Positions 1-9,121 of a stretch of 64,000 bases of DNA are shown piece after piece. Numbering within the stretch: position 1 is the stretch's first letter; every line of letters starts with the position of its first letter. The position numbers and the translations under genes were made by a program. The stretch is taken from NCBI GenBank assembly GCA_026396015.1, contig JAPLXP010000003.1, positions 105,810 to 169,809 of the forward strand, read 5' to 3'. The notes below the pieces were generated by a model. It did not search any database. It was not told where the DNA came from and was given only the letters and a program-made list of their open reading frames with translations. The stretch is from Candidatus Nomurabacteria bacterium (lineage in GTDB: Bacteria; Patescibacteriota; Minisyncoccia; Phycocordibacterales; UBA9973).

Positions 1-678
1 ACTGGTCCATATTGTAGGGTGGTTGTGATGACTCTCGGGGAGGAGGTCAGATGCACCGATGTAGATAAAGAATCCTGTAAATACTGCGAGGATGATTCCG
101 AGTATTGATTCAGGAAGTGAGAAGAATAGGGTAGAAGTGATTCCGAGTACTGGGGCGATAGCATCCACTAGGAGCCAATTAAATGCTTCTTTTTTTGTAC
201 CTCCGTTCTTCATTATCATGCTGACAGTGTTTATACCATCAGAAAAGTCGTGCACTAGTACCGCCACTGCAACTATTGCTCCGACGGCAGCGGAGATCTG
301 AAAGGCCAATCCGATGGCTGCACCATCTAGAAAGCTATGTATGGATAGACTACCTGCACCTAGTATTCCACGCTTGTTTTCTGTGTGGGTATGCTCGTGC
401 TCATCTTCGTGATTATGGCTGTGCATTATTACAAATCTGTCGAGTATCATAAATAGTATAAAACCAAATGCTACGATAGAGGTCGTAATAGATATTGCAT
501 AGGTATTCTTTGTCAGTTCTAGAGCTTCTGGTAGTAGATCAAAAAAGGCGACTCCTATAACAGCACCCGCAGAGAAGCCCATGATCATATGGAGTTTGTC
601 TTTGAATCTAATAGCAAAAAGTCCACCCAAAAATGTGGCGATAAATACAGCAAAACTTAATATAAGTAATATATTCAT
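1..678 (-). CDS. ZIP family divalent metal transporter (3' end runs off window)
   Basis: Hand translation from ATG at 678: MNILLILSFAVFIATFLGG...FSAGAVIGVAFFDLLPEA...His-rich loop HSHNHEDEHEHTH...SIHSFLDGAAIG...VHDFSDG...ASDLLPESHH, typical ZIP motifs; absent from the ORF track because it is open at the edge. Confidence 0.9.
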   Translation of the reverse strand, partial: MNILLILSFAVFIATFLGGLFAIRFKDKLHMIMGFSAGAVIGVAFFDLLPEALELTKNTYAISITTSIVAFGFILFMILDRFVIMHSHNHEDEHEHTHTENKRGILGAGSLSIHSFLDGAAIGLAFQISAAVGAIVAVAVLVHDFSDGINTVSMIMKNGGTKKEAFNWLLVDAIAPVLGITSTLFFSLPESILGIILAVFTGFFIYIGASDLLPESHHNHPTIWTS

Positions 679-778
679 ATATTTATACTATAGCATAGTC
701 GTCAAGTGTTTTACTTGTCTTTCGTGCATGTTATAATTTTAATATTAAAAGTAGTCTTACATAGTAAGAAATTAAATT

Positions 779-1423
779 ATGAAAAATAAATTATTTGTTT
801 TTGGTTTGGCTTTGGTCCTGAGTGTTTCATTTGTAAATATAGTTTTAGCTACTGATACAGCCGGTGCAGCAGTGGGGGGTTCTGTAGTCTCAGGTACTAC
901 CATGACTCCACCTACACCTCCAGTGATAGATACTACAAATTTTACTGACGCTCAAAAGACAGCACTAGCAAGTGTAAAGACTCTAATGGATCAATCAAAG
1001 GCATTAAGAGAACAAGCTGATAAAGTTTTAAAAGATGCAGGTATTACTCCAAAAATGATGGGTCAGGTAGAAATGAAAGATAAAATGAAGGGTGATAAGG
1101 GTACAGATCAAGAAGATAATCAGGGTGATCATCAGGATGGTGAAAAAGTTTTTGATATGAAAAAGGCTCCAAAACTAGATGGTCAAAAAATGGATGGTAA
1201 CAAAAATCCAGAGAATACAAAAAAGACAGGTGATATAAAAAAGCCTTCTAGTAAGAAAGCTCCAAAGAAAATGGGTGACAAAAAAGAAGGAGACAAGAAG
1301 GGTGGAGAAGGAAAGGGTCCATTCATGGGCGACCGTAAATCACAAGACGGAAAACTTCCTCCAGCAAATAATACACCTGCAGCTCCTGCACAAAATGCAG
1401 CAGCACCAGCAGTGAATCAATAA
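779..1423 (+). CDS. Secreted low-complexity hypothetical protein
   Basis: Signal peptide (…NIVLA), short helical segment, K/D/G/M-rich disordered tail and Ala/Pro end. Confidence 0.75.
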   Translation: MKNKLFVFGLALVLSVSFVNIVLATDTAGAAVGGSVVSGTTMTPPTPPVIDTTNFTDAQKTALASVKTLMDQSKALREQADKVLKDAGITPKMMGQVEMKDKMKGDKGTDQEDNQGDHQDGEKVFDMKKAPKLDGQKMDGNKNPENTKKTGDIKKPSSKKAPKKMGDKKEGDKKGGEGKGPFMGDRKSQDGKLPPANNTPAAPAQNAAAPAVNQ

Positions 1424-1436
1424 TTTAATTTTGAAT

Positions 1437-1465
1437 AAAAAAACTCCCATGAGGGAGTTTTTTTT
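1437..1465. terminator. Bidirectional intrinsic terminator
   Basis: AAAAAAACTCCC-atga-GGGAGTTTTTTT between convergent genes. Confidence 0.8.
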
Positions 1466-3632
1466 ATTCAAAATGCATTGTGATATTTTTTTGTTCGACA
1501 GTATTCAAGAGGATAGGGGATGATAGCAGTTTTGGGTCTTTTTCAATCAGTGCTATTGCCTCATTACGGGCAGCTTCTACCATTTTTATATTCTTGATAG
1601 CTTCCATTCCTAGGTCTGTGATGCCCCATTGTTTACCGCCGCCGAGTTCACCTGCACCACGTAGTGTCAGATCTAGTTCTGCGAGCTCGAAACCGCTCGC
1701 AGCTTTTGTTAGGGCTTTTAGACGGTCCATAGTCTTTTCTGTTTTTGCTTCTGCAAAAAGATAACAGTATGATTGATCGTTTGATCGGATTACTCGTCCA
1801 CGCAGCTGGTGCAGCTGTGCTAAGCCAAATCTTTCTGCTCCCTCGATGATTATCGATGTGGCATTCGGCACATTCACACCTACCTCTATCACTGATGTAG
1901 ATACTAGTATATCTATCTTGTGGTCTTTAAAGTCTTGCATGACTTCCTCCTTTTTTTGCTTTGTCATCTTGCTGTGCATGACTTCTATATTGTATTTTTG
2001 GAAGACTTCTTTTTTGAGGCGCTTTGCTTCTGTCGTCACATTCTTCATAGCTAATGCTTTTTCTTGATCTGGGTCTGGTTCATCAATACGTGGGCAGATG
2101 ACGTATGCTTGATGGCCTGCTTCAAGTTCTCTGTGAATTTTTGTATATGCTTCATCACGCTTACCTGGTGCGACTATTTCTGTGATTACTTTTTTTCTTC
2201 CAGCTGGCATCTCGTCTATGATAGATAGATCTAGGTCTCCGTATATAGTCAGTGCAAGTGTGCGGGGGATAGGAGTCGCCGTCATAGATAGATAATGTGG
2301 AGCATGACCTTCTTTCTTTGCGAGCTTCATTCTTTGATTAGTTCCAAAGCGATGCTGCTCATCGATGATGACCAATCCTAAATCCTCAAATTCTACTGAT
2401 TTGGATACGAGCGCATGAGTACCTACTAGTATTGGTATCTCGCCATTCTTTACCCATTTGAGGAGTTGGGATCGTGATATTGTAGTCCAGGGTTCAGAGG
2501 AACTTGCTACCTTGGTAGGGAACTTTCTACATCCAGATCCAGTAATAAGGCCAATTGATATTCCTGTATGTTTAAAATACTCAATAAAGCTTTCGAATAG
2601 CTGTGTAGCTAGCACTTCGGTCGGTGCCATATATGCCACTTGGATATTTCCAAAGTTTTGTCCGACTGGGCGATTCTTGATCACTGCATATGCTACTGTT
2701 GCAGCAACAAAAGTCTTACCAGACCCTACATCACCTTCGACGAGGCGCGACATTGCCTTGTCTTTTTGAAAGTCTTCAAGTATTGAATTGATTGCATTAC
2801 TCTGTGCATTCGTCGGCTTGAAAGGGAATCGACTGACAAAGTCTGCGATGTCTGCTTTTGGAATTTTCAATTTATATGAGAAAAGTTCTTCGTATTCCTT
2901 ACGCTCCTTTTGGCGTGCCAGCTGTATAAAGAATACTTCTTCAAAAGCGAATCGTTTGCGGGCTGCATCGGCGTCATTCTTTTTCTGAGGTGCGTGTATC
3001 CAGATGAGTGCAGTCTTTAGATTTGGTAGGCTGTATTTTTTAATTATTTCTTCCGGTATGTATTCTCTGATATTTTCCAATGCGCCACTTTTAATAATTT
3101 TCTGTATTGTATGATACATCCATTTTGAAGTGATACCTTTTGTCTCAGGATATATAGGGTAGCCAAAGCTCTGTGTATTTTCCCCACTTGCAAATAGTGA
3201 GTCATGCGTGTCGATAGGTAGGATGTCCTCCTTGGTAATCTCGGGGTTGGTCAGAGTCATACCATATGTCGGACTATTGGATACCTTTCCTGTCACACGC
3301 ACTACCGCTCCTTCGCGTAGCATTTTCGCAAGGTACGGCTGATGGAACCAGACAATCTTTATCTTACCAGTCAGATCTGAAAGTTCTGCGTGGCCCATAG
3401 GAATTTTACTCTTGAAACCTTTTTTAGTTTCGAGTTTGGAAATAGTTCCTAATAGTGTGACTTGCTCACCGTCAGAAATATTATTTATATGTTTTACTTC
3501 TGATATGTCTGTGTATCGTGTAGGGAAGTAGTATAGTAGATCATGAATAGTATTGATACCTAGTCGGACTAGGGCCCCTTTTTGATTGATGTCTATTCTG
3601 AAATTTTTCTCTATTTTGTCCGTCAGATTCAT
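1464..3632 (-). CDS. recG: ATP-dependent DNA helicase RecG
   Basis: Wedge/OB domain, GDVGSGKT, MAPTEVLA, DEQHRFG, MTATPIPRTL, QLHQLRGRV, RGAGEL motifs. Confidence 0.97.
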   Translation of the reverse strand: MNLTDKIEKNFRIDINQKGALVRLGINTIHDLLYYFPTRYTDISEVKHINNISDGEQVTLLGTISKLETKKGFKSKIPMGHAELSDLTGKIKIVWFHQPYLAKMLREGAVVRVTGKVSNSPTYGMTLTNPEITKEDILPIDTHDSLFASGENTQSFGYPIYPETKGITSKWMYHTIQKIIKSGALENIREYIPEEIIKKYSLPNLKTALIWIHAPQKKNDADAARKRFAFEEVFFIQLARQKERKEYEELFSYKLKIPKADIADFVSRFPFKPTNAQSNAINSILEDFQKDKAMSRLVEGDVGSGKTFVAATVAYAVIKNRPVGQNFGNIQVAYMAPTEVLATQLFESFIEYFKHTGISIGLITGSGCRKFPTKVASSSEPWTTISRSQLLKWVKNGEIPILVGTHALVSKSVEFEDLGLVIIDEQHRFGTNQRMKLAKKEGHAPHYLSMTATPIPRTLALTIYGDLDLSIIDEMPAGRKKVITEIVAPGKRDEAYTKIHRELEAGHQAYVICPRIDEPDPDQEKALAMKNVTTEAKRLKKEVFQKYNIEVMHSKMTKQKKEEVMQDFKDHKIDILVSTSVIEVGVNVPNATSIIIEGAERFGLAQLHQLRGRVIRSNDQSYCYLFAEAKTEKTMDRLKALTKAASGFELAELDLTLRGAGELGGGKQWGITDLGMEAIKNIKMVEAARNEAIALIEKDPKLLSSPILLNTVEQKNITMHFE

Positions 3633-3646
3633 AAATGAATTGTATC

Positions 3647-3685
3647 ATAAAAATAGCCCCGACCTTTGGTCGGGGCTATTTTTAT
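3647..3685. terminator. Intrinsic terminator
   Basis: ATAAAAATAGCCCCGACC-ttt-GGTCGGGGCTATTTTTAT. Confidence 0.75.
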
Positions 3686-3770
3686 TTGTAGAGTATCAAT
3701 CCGCCTATTGCTATTAGTATCATCAGTAGAATTATAGCAATTTTCTCATTATTTACTCTTGGAATTTTCA

Positions 3771-4136
3771 TTATTTCAAAATAGCTTTTATCTCAGTCAC
3801 TAATTCTTCTAGCGTAAAGTTTGATTTAACCATGAATTTTGTAGCTCCTAATTGTTCTGCTTTTTGCATTGCAGATTCCTCTGATAGGTTTGAGAATACA
3901 ATTACAGGGATAGCCTTTGTTGTTTCTTGTTCTCGGACTTTTTTAAGAATATCAAATCCATCAAAATTGGGAAGCATCAAATCAAGAAGTATTAATGCTA
4001 CACCTTCCTCATTTATCTTTTTCATTCCATCGTCTCCTGTGCTTGCAGTAATAACTTCAAATTTTTCTTTTGTAAGTTTACTTGCCTCTAGGCTCTGTAG
4101 GAAACTATCATCTTCAATTACTAAAATCTTACTCAT
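3771..4136 (-). CDS. Single-domain response regulator (receiver only)
   Basis: KILVIEDD, LLDLMLPNFDG, IPVIVFS, MVK motifs; 121 aa. Confidence 0.93.
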   Translation of the reverse strand: MSKILVIEDDSFLQSLEASKLTKEKFEVITASTGDDGMKKINEEGVALILLDLMLPNFDGFDILKKVREQETTKAIPVIVFSNLSEESAMQKAEQLGATKFMVKSNFTLEELVTEIKAILK

Positions 4137-4156
4137 ATGAGATTATTGTATCATAG

Positions 4157-4897
4157 TTAATTATTAAGAGGCAATGTGATGAAAAAAGTAGTACCTTTTT
4201 CATCACTTTCAAACCATATCTTTCCTTTGTGATTCTCTACTATTTTTTTTGTTGTGTATAGCCCCAATCCTGAACCTATGGCATCTTTTTGTTTAGCGTT
4301 TTCTGTTCTGTAGAATTTCTCAAATATATGTTTTTGATCATCATTTGATATTGTGATACCTGTGTCTCTTACTGATAAATCTATTTCGTCTTCGTTTTGA
4401 CTTATGGATATGACTACTTTTCCATGTATATTACTGTATTTGATAGAATTCTCTACTAAATTTTGGAATACTACGCGTATCATTTCTTTGTCTACAGATA
4501 CTTTGTTCAGTATTGAGGATGGTTTTAAGAAAATCAATTCGATTTCTTTTTTATGAGATTCACCATAGAATTCAAAAATTGTCTGTTCTAATAATTCCAC
4601 AAGATCTACATCTTGAAAATTAAAAGATAGTATCTTGTCCTCTGTATGATTCAGTGTGATCATCTCATTTGTCAGCATGATCATTCTCTCTGTGCTCTCG
4701 TATGCTTTGTTTAGTAGATTTTCTTGTTCACTCGTGATATCTCCGAGGTCCTTATCTAGGAACATTTTGAGTATCCATTTTGATGCAGATAGTGATGTAC
4801 GGAGTTGGTGTGCAGAGATAGAAATAAGATCAGATCTGACTAGGTTAATATTCTTTAACTCCTCATTCTCAGCTTTTATTTTAAGTATGTCATCCAT
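4157..4897 (-). CDS. Cytoplasmic histidine kinase (HisKA + HATPase, no sensor domain)
   Basis: SAHQLRT H-box, NLVENSIKY N-box, DTG, IFEKFYR, GSGLGL. Confidence 0.92.
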   Translation of the reverse strand: MDDILKIKAENEELKNINLVRSDLISISAHQLRTSLSASKWILKMFLDKDLGDITSEQENLLNKAYESTERMIMLTNEMITLNHTEDKILSFNFQDVDLVELLEQTIFEFYGESHKKEIELIFLKPSSILNKVSVDKEMIRVVFQNLVENSIKYSNIHGKVVISISQNEDEIDLSVRDTGITISNDDQKHIFEKFYRTENAKQKDAIGSGLGLYTTKKIVENHKGKIWFESDEKGTTFFITLPLNN

Positions 4898-4900
4898 ATA

Positions 4901-5260
4901 TTATTTTTTTATAGAAGTCGCTGTTATTGCTGGTACTTTGATTTGAGCTTGGTCTACTTTCAGTAATTTTACCCCACCATATACGACAAGAGCTACAACG
5001 ATAAAATCTATACCATTGTTCAAGAATGCTCCGTAGTGCACAGATACTTTACCTATTTTAAATACTTCATTACCTAGATCATCCACACCACCGAGGAGTC
5101 CATTTATTATAGGATTGATTATGTCAGTGACTAATGATGTAACGAATTTAGATATTGCACCTCCAAGTATAAAACCTATCGCTAATCCCACTACACCCTG
5201 ACTTTTTATAAAATCAGTAAAACCTGTAAGCCCACGTATTTTTTTGAGGTGTTGTCTCAT
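4901..5260 (-). CDS. mscL: Large-conductance mechanosensitive channel MscL
   Basis: FIKSQGVVGLAIGFILGGA…VTSLVTDIINP…YGAFLNNGIDFIVVA. Confidence 0.88.
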   Translation of the reverse strand: MRQHLKKIRGLTGFTDFIKSQGVVGLAIGFILGGAISKFVTSLVTDIINPIINGLLGGVDDLGNEVFKIGKVSVHYGAFLNNGIDFIVVALVVYGGVKLLKVDQAQIKVPAITATSIKK

Positions 5261-5387
5261 AAATTTATTATAACATAGGTAGTGTCCATTTCCCTTGATT
5301 GACTTTATGTATTTTTGCTGGTATACTATTTAAAATTTATTTGGAGTAATCCATTTTTCTTTAACTATAAAAAATTTAAAAAAAGAA

Positions 5388-5795
5388 ATGAGTAATGTAC
5401 ACAAAGCGCTAGAGGCAGCTATTGATGAAGGAGTAGATGGTAAGGACATAATCTATTACACAAGAAGAAATGGTGTAAATAAGGATATATTGCCTGAATT
5501 TACAAAAGGAGAATGCCAAGAAAAGTATACCTATTATTTATCGTTTGATAAAAAGAAAGGCAACTCAAACAGGAGGATTAAAGCTGTTCTGGATTATTTA
5601 TTAAAAATTTATAATACACATTTTTTGGGAGGAGGAAGATATTACTTTTCAACACAAGAAAATGTAAATGAAAAAATTGTTGTTTATGTTTTTGGTAAGG
5701 ATAATGTAATTTTTCATTTTTTTGTTGCTCATTCCATTGACCCCTGTAATTATATTTTTTTGAATCACCAGAATATTAATTTTGAGAGAGTTTAA
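5388..5795 (+). CDS. Hypothetical protein
   Basis: 135 aa ORF with TTGACT-N17-TATACT promoter (5299-5327) and a downstream hairpin. Confidence 0.6.
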   Translation: MSNVHKALEAAIDEGVDGKDIIYYTRRNGVNKDILPEFTKGECQEKYTYYLSFDKKKGNSNRRIKAVLDYLLKIYNTHFLGGGRYYFSTQENVNEKIVVYVFGKDNVIFHFFVAHSIDPCNYIFLNHQNINFERV

Positions 5796-5834
5796 ATTTA
5801 AAATCCAGAACACATAGTTCTGGATTTTTATTTG

Positions 5835-5921
5835 CGGAGCCGGACGGATTCGAACCGTCGAGGGCTTTTACACCCTGCCTCTTTAGCAAAGAGGTACGTT
5901 AGACCACTCTGACACGGCTCC
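5835..5921 (-). tRNA. tRNA-Ser(GCT)
   Basis: GGAGCCG acceptor, CCTCT-TTGCTAA-AGAGG anticodon arm, long variable arm, GTTCGAATC T-loop, G73; no encoded CCA. Confidence 0.95.
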
Positions 5922-6001
5922 AATATCGTCAAATATATCACATTTTATAAATATAAAAAATCTCCCACAGGCTGGACCTAGGGGAGATTTTTATTTGTGT
6001 A

Positions 6002-6535
6002 CTAAGCTTGCTTTCTAAATCTGTCTAATCCGATCCATCCTGCGACCTTGCGTCCACAAAGGATGAATATTTGTAGGAGTAGAAGCCAAGGGTTTGTACT
6101 GACTGTACCTGCGAATAGATAATTGAAATTCATGAATGCTCCAAATGTCGCTGCAGCTCTCGTGAATAGTCCGAGTATCAATCCTAGTCCTACGAGTATT
6201 TCTCCGAAAGTCACAATGTTTGCAAATAGACATGCATTTGGTATTGCGACATGGTTGATGAACCATGCATACCACATAGATACATCATGGTGTTCTCCGG
6301 TGATATATGCTTTTGCCATTGCGCCCATCAAGAATCCTTTTATTGGACCTCCAGCGTCGATACCAGCCCATGCTGTATTCCAAATTAGTGTGTGTTTAAT
6401 AAAGAGCTTGTCCCATCCAGCGATTAGCCATTCATATCCGACGTATATACGTAATAGTAACCAGAGAATTGCAGAACGTTTATCTGTGGTAAAGAAATCA
6501 TAGATTTTTTTACAATAGATTTTTGTATTGTTCAT
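6002..6535 (-). CDS. DoxX/TQO small subunit family membrane protein
   Basis: LLRIYVGYEWLIAGWDK…GEILVGLGLILGLFTR…AGTVSTNP…GLD. Confidence 0.88.
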   Translation of the reverse strand: MNNTKIYCKKIYDFFTTDKRSAILWLLLRIYVGYEWLIAGWDKLFIKHTLIWNTAWAGIDAGGPIKGFLMGAMAKAYITGEHHDVSMWYAWFINHVAIPNACLFANIVTFGEILVGLGLILGLFTRAAATFGAFMNFNYLFAGTVSTNPWLLLLQIFILCGRKVAGWIGLDRFRKQA

Positions 6536-6634
6536 ATTTAAAAGTAAAATTTAATTTACTTGAATAATTATTAATGCTTATATTATAGACCTGTCTCTTT
6601 GTGCCGACAAGGGATAGGGTATATAATCAGTCTT

Positions 6635-7786
6635 ATGAATCACGATAATATATACAAAGAATCACTGGAATTACACGAGAAATATCATGGCAAACTAGAA
6701 ACTGTCAGTAAAGTCAGACTCGACAGTAAGGAAGTATTGTCACTGGCATATAGTCCCGGAGTAGCCGAGGTTTCTCGTGCTATATCTGCCGATCCTAGTA
6801 CTGCGCGCCTTTATACATTGAAGGGTAATACTGTCGCCATCGTAAGTGACGGTTCTGCTATCTTGGGATTGGGAAATCTGGGACCACTGGCAGCAATTCC
6901 TGTGATGGAGGGCAAGGCTTGCATACTAAAAGAATTCGCAGGTGTGGATGCATTCCCTATATGTCTGGATACTCAGGATACAGAGGAGATAATAAAAGCA
7001 GTAAAGCAAATTGCTCCAGTATTCGGTGCTATCAACCTCGAGGATATCGCAGCTCCGAGATGTTTTGAAATAGAAGAGAGGCTCCGTGCTGAACTAGATA
7101 TCCCAGTCATGCACGATGACCAATGGGGTGCAGCTACTGTGACACTGTCTGCGATAATAAATTCACTAAAATTAATCGGTAAGACAAAAGAGGAAATAAA
7201 AGTAGTTCTTTCTGGGGTGGGTGCAGCTGGTGTGGCTACTGCACGATTGCTATCTGTATACGGAATAAAAAATATTGTCTTCTGTGATAGTCACGGTATC
7301 ATCCATCACGATCGTACTGATCTGACAAAAGAGAAAAAGGAATTACTCACTGGTAGTACTGCTGTCGTATCTGAAGGGGACTTGGCTCTCGCAATAATCG
7401 ATGCCGATGTATTCATCGGACTTTCCAAGCCAGGAGTACTCTCTGCGGATATGGTGCGAACAATGGCTGCGAAGCCTGTGATATTTGCACTAGCCAACCC
7501 GACTCCAGAGATCATGCCGGATATTGCTCATGAAGCTGGTGCATATATAGTAGCTACAGGTCGTAGTGATTTTCCAAATCAGATAAACAACTCTCTAGTA
7601 TTTCCAGGTGCATTCAGGGGGATGCTCGATGCACAGATACCACAATTTAAAATAGAAATGTTTTCTGCTATCGCCCAGGCTATCGCAGATTCAGTCGTCG
7701 ACCTAACACCTGAGAAAATAATCCCGACAATGTGGGATGAGGGTGGCGTAGATCTGGTGGCGAATACTATTAAGAGATTTAAATAA
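6635..7786 (+). CDS. NAD(P)-dependent malic enzyme
   Basis: LAYSPGVA, GSAILGLGNLG, VMEGK, INLEDIAAPRCF, HDDQ, GVGAAG, FALANPTPEI; ATG 6635 preferred. Confidence 0.95.
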   Translation: MNHDNIYKESLELHEKYHGKLETVSKVRLDSKEVLSLAYSPGVAEVSRAISADPSTARLYTLKGNTVAIVSDGSAILGLGNLGPLAAIPVMEGKACILKEFAGVDAFPICLDTQDTEEIIKAVKQIAPVFGAINLEDIAAPRCFEIEERLRAELDIPVMHDDQWGAATVTLSAIINSLKLIGKTKEEIKVVLSGVGAAGVATARLLSVYGIKNIVFCDSHGIIHHDRTDLTKEKKELLTGSTAVVSEGDLALAIIDADVFIGLSKPGVLSADMVRTMAAKPVIFALANPTPEIMPDIAHEAGAYIVATGRSDFPNQINNSLVFPGAFRGMLDAQIPQFKIEMFSAIAQAIADSVVDLTPEKIIPTMWDEGGVDLVANTIKRFK

Positions 7787-7834
7787 AAAGTTCACAAAAT
7801 ACCACCTTTCTGCTATACTCAGAAAATCATACAT

Positions 7835-7982
7835 GGAGGCGTGGATATGAAATATGAACTGCTTCATATTTCATCCGTTCGGTCACAATAGACCGACGAG
7901 CGATTATACGAAGTATAAGCTCGAGGGTAGGGTCCGGGAGGACACGAAGACACAACGACGAGTATAACGAGGAGGCGTGGAT
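7835..7982 (+). repeat. Structured element bounded by a 12-bp duplication of the tRNA-Ser(ACT) 5' end
   Basis: GGAGGCGTGGAT at 7835-7846 and 7971-7982; internal hairpins ATGAAATATGAA-ctgc-TTCATATTTCAT, TCGGTC-acaata-GACCGA, CGAGC…GCTCG. Confidence 0.7.
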
Positions 7983-8055
7983 GAGTGGTTTAAATCAACG
8001 GTTTACTAAACCGTCGTCTGTTACAGGACCGTGAGTTCGAATCTCACCGCCTCCG
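7971..8055 (+). tRNA. tRNA-Ser(ACT)
   Basis: GGAGGCG/CGCCTCC acceptor, ACGGT-TTACTAA-ACCGT anticodon arm, long variable arm, GTGAG-TTCGAAT-CTCAC T-arm, G73. Confidence 0.88.
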
Positions 8056-8094
8056 CAAAATTGTGATAGCACGATATTTGTCATAAATGAACAC

Positions 8095-8844
8095 ATGAAA
8101 ATACTCACTCTCAATACCCAAAAAGCATACCAACCGGATTTTAAAAATTTTATTGTGAATGTTCTAAATAGAGGAGAGTATGATTTCATTTTGCTTCAAG
8201 AGGTCACATCTTCTGTTTCAGACATGATAAAAACAGCTTCTTCGGAGTATCAAATGATCAATCCATTTGATCCTGAACTCGGAGAACATACGCATGGATG
8301 TGTACTTTATAAAAATTTGTTTACTTTGCAAAAAGAACTATTTGTATCTTTTGCCATTCTTGAACCTGGATTTCCTCGCCATGGCTGGGGATTTACGGGA
8401 GGAGTTTTTAATTACGGCGGTAAAAGAATATTTGTTGGCTCAGCACACTTGCATCCAGGATTAAGAAAGAAACGTCGAATGGAACAGCTTAAACTCGTAA
8501 AGGAAAAAGTTATGGCAGAATTTGGTGCGATAACTGTAGTATTTGGTGGTGATTTTAATTTCGGAATGCCGGGAGAAATTTCTTGTTCCGAAAAGATACT
8601 GTCTCCGGAATTTGTGCGAGTCACGAAAGGTCTTGGTCCAACGCTTGATAGTAGATATACCGAGAAAACATCGTGGGGCGTAGCTAGGATAGCGAACATA
8701 CTAGCGAAACTTGGTATTTCTATTAGGCTCAGAGCTGATCATGTATATATCGATAGCCTCACTGTAAAAAGCGCACCTGTGAGATGTCGGATAGTTCCTG
8801 ATCGGGTATCGGATCATTTGGCAGTCGAAGTCTCTATTGGATAA
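8095..8844 (+). CDS. Endonuclease/exonuclease/phosphatase (EEP) family protein
   Basis: KILTLN, ILLQEV, SAHL, GGDFN, RADHVY, SDHLAV motifs. Confidence 0.9.
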   Translation: MKILTLNTQKAYQPDFKNFIVNVLNRGEYDFILLQEVTSSVSDMIKTASSEYQMINPFDPELGEHTHGCVLYKNLFTLQKELFVSFAILEPGFPRHGWGFTGGVFNYGGKRIFVGSAHLHPGLRKKRRMEQLKLVKEKVMAEFGAITVVFGGDFNFGMPGEISCSEKILSPEFVRVTKGLGPTLDSRYTEKTSWGVARIANILAKLGISIRLRADHVYIDSLTVKSAPVRCRIVPDRVSDHLAVEVSIG

Positions 8845-8931
8845 GGTGCTCGAGACGCGTCGATTTTGAATCTGAAAAAATGCTAAAATGACCTTACTGG
8901 TCTTGTCGGGTTTTAGTTCTAACACGACGTT

Positions 8932-9053
8932 CTCCGCAAAAAAGAAAACCCGAAAGGGTTTTTCTTTTTTTGCGGGCGAGAAAGTGATCTGCGTCACTTT
9001 TGTGTGAGATTCGAAGACCTTTTCGTTATGATTAAAGAATGCTATTCTTTAAT
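8932..9053 (+). repeat. tRNA-tailored element, Ser(ACT) copy (apparently truncated)
   Basis: CTCCGCAAAA repeat of tRNA end, GAAA hairpin, TGCGGGCG + CTGC-loop hairpin + GTGAGATTCGAA (antisense to the tRNA-Ser(ACT) T-arm), GACCTTTTCGTTA. Confidence 0.75.
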
Positions 9054-9121
9054 ACTCGTCTTGTTTTCAATTATGATTTTTGACTATAGCAGAAAATGGT
9101 CTTTTTTGCTACTATGTTTTT

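Noticed and set aside
92-301. Plus-strand 69-aa ORF and the many other short antisense or overlapping ORFs in the track
   Set aside because: They are shadows of well-supported genes on the other strand or frame (here the ZIP transporter) and have no motifs of their own
7971-8055. Reading this tRNA as a TAG suppressor (CTA) or as selenocysteine tRNA
   Set aside because: The 5-bp stem fixes a 7-nt loop TTACTAA with ACT central; the acceptor stem is a normal 7 bp
7995-8189. ORFs overlapping tRNAs or elements (7995-8189, 8701-8997, 33654-33842, 40034-40231)
   Set aside because: They are translations of tRNA or structured repeat sequence
8845-8931. Weakly structured segment after the EEP gene
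   Set aside because: Pairings are short and imperfect and there is no second copy in the window
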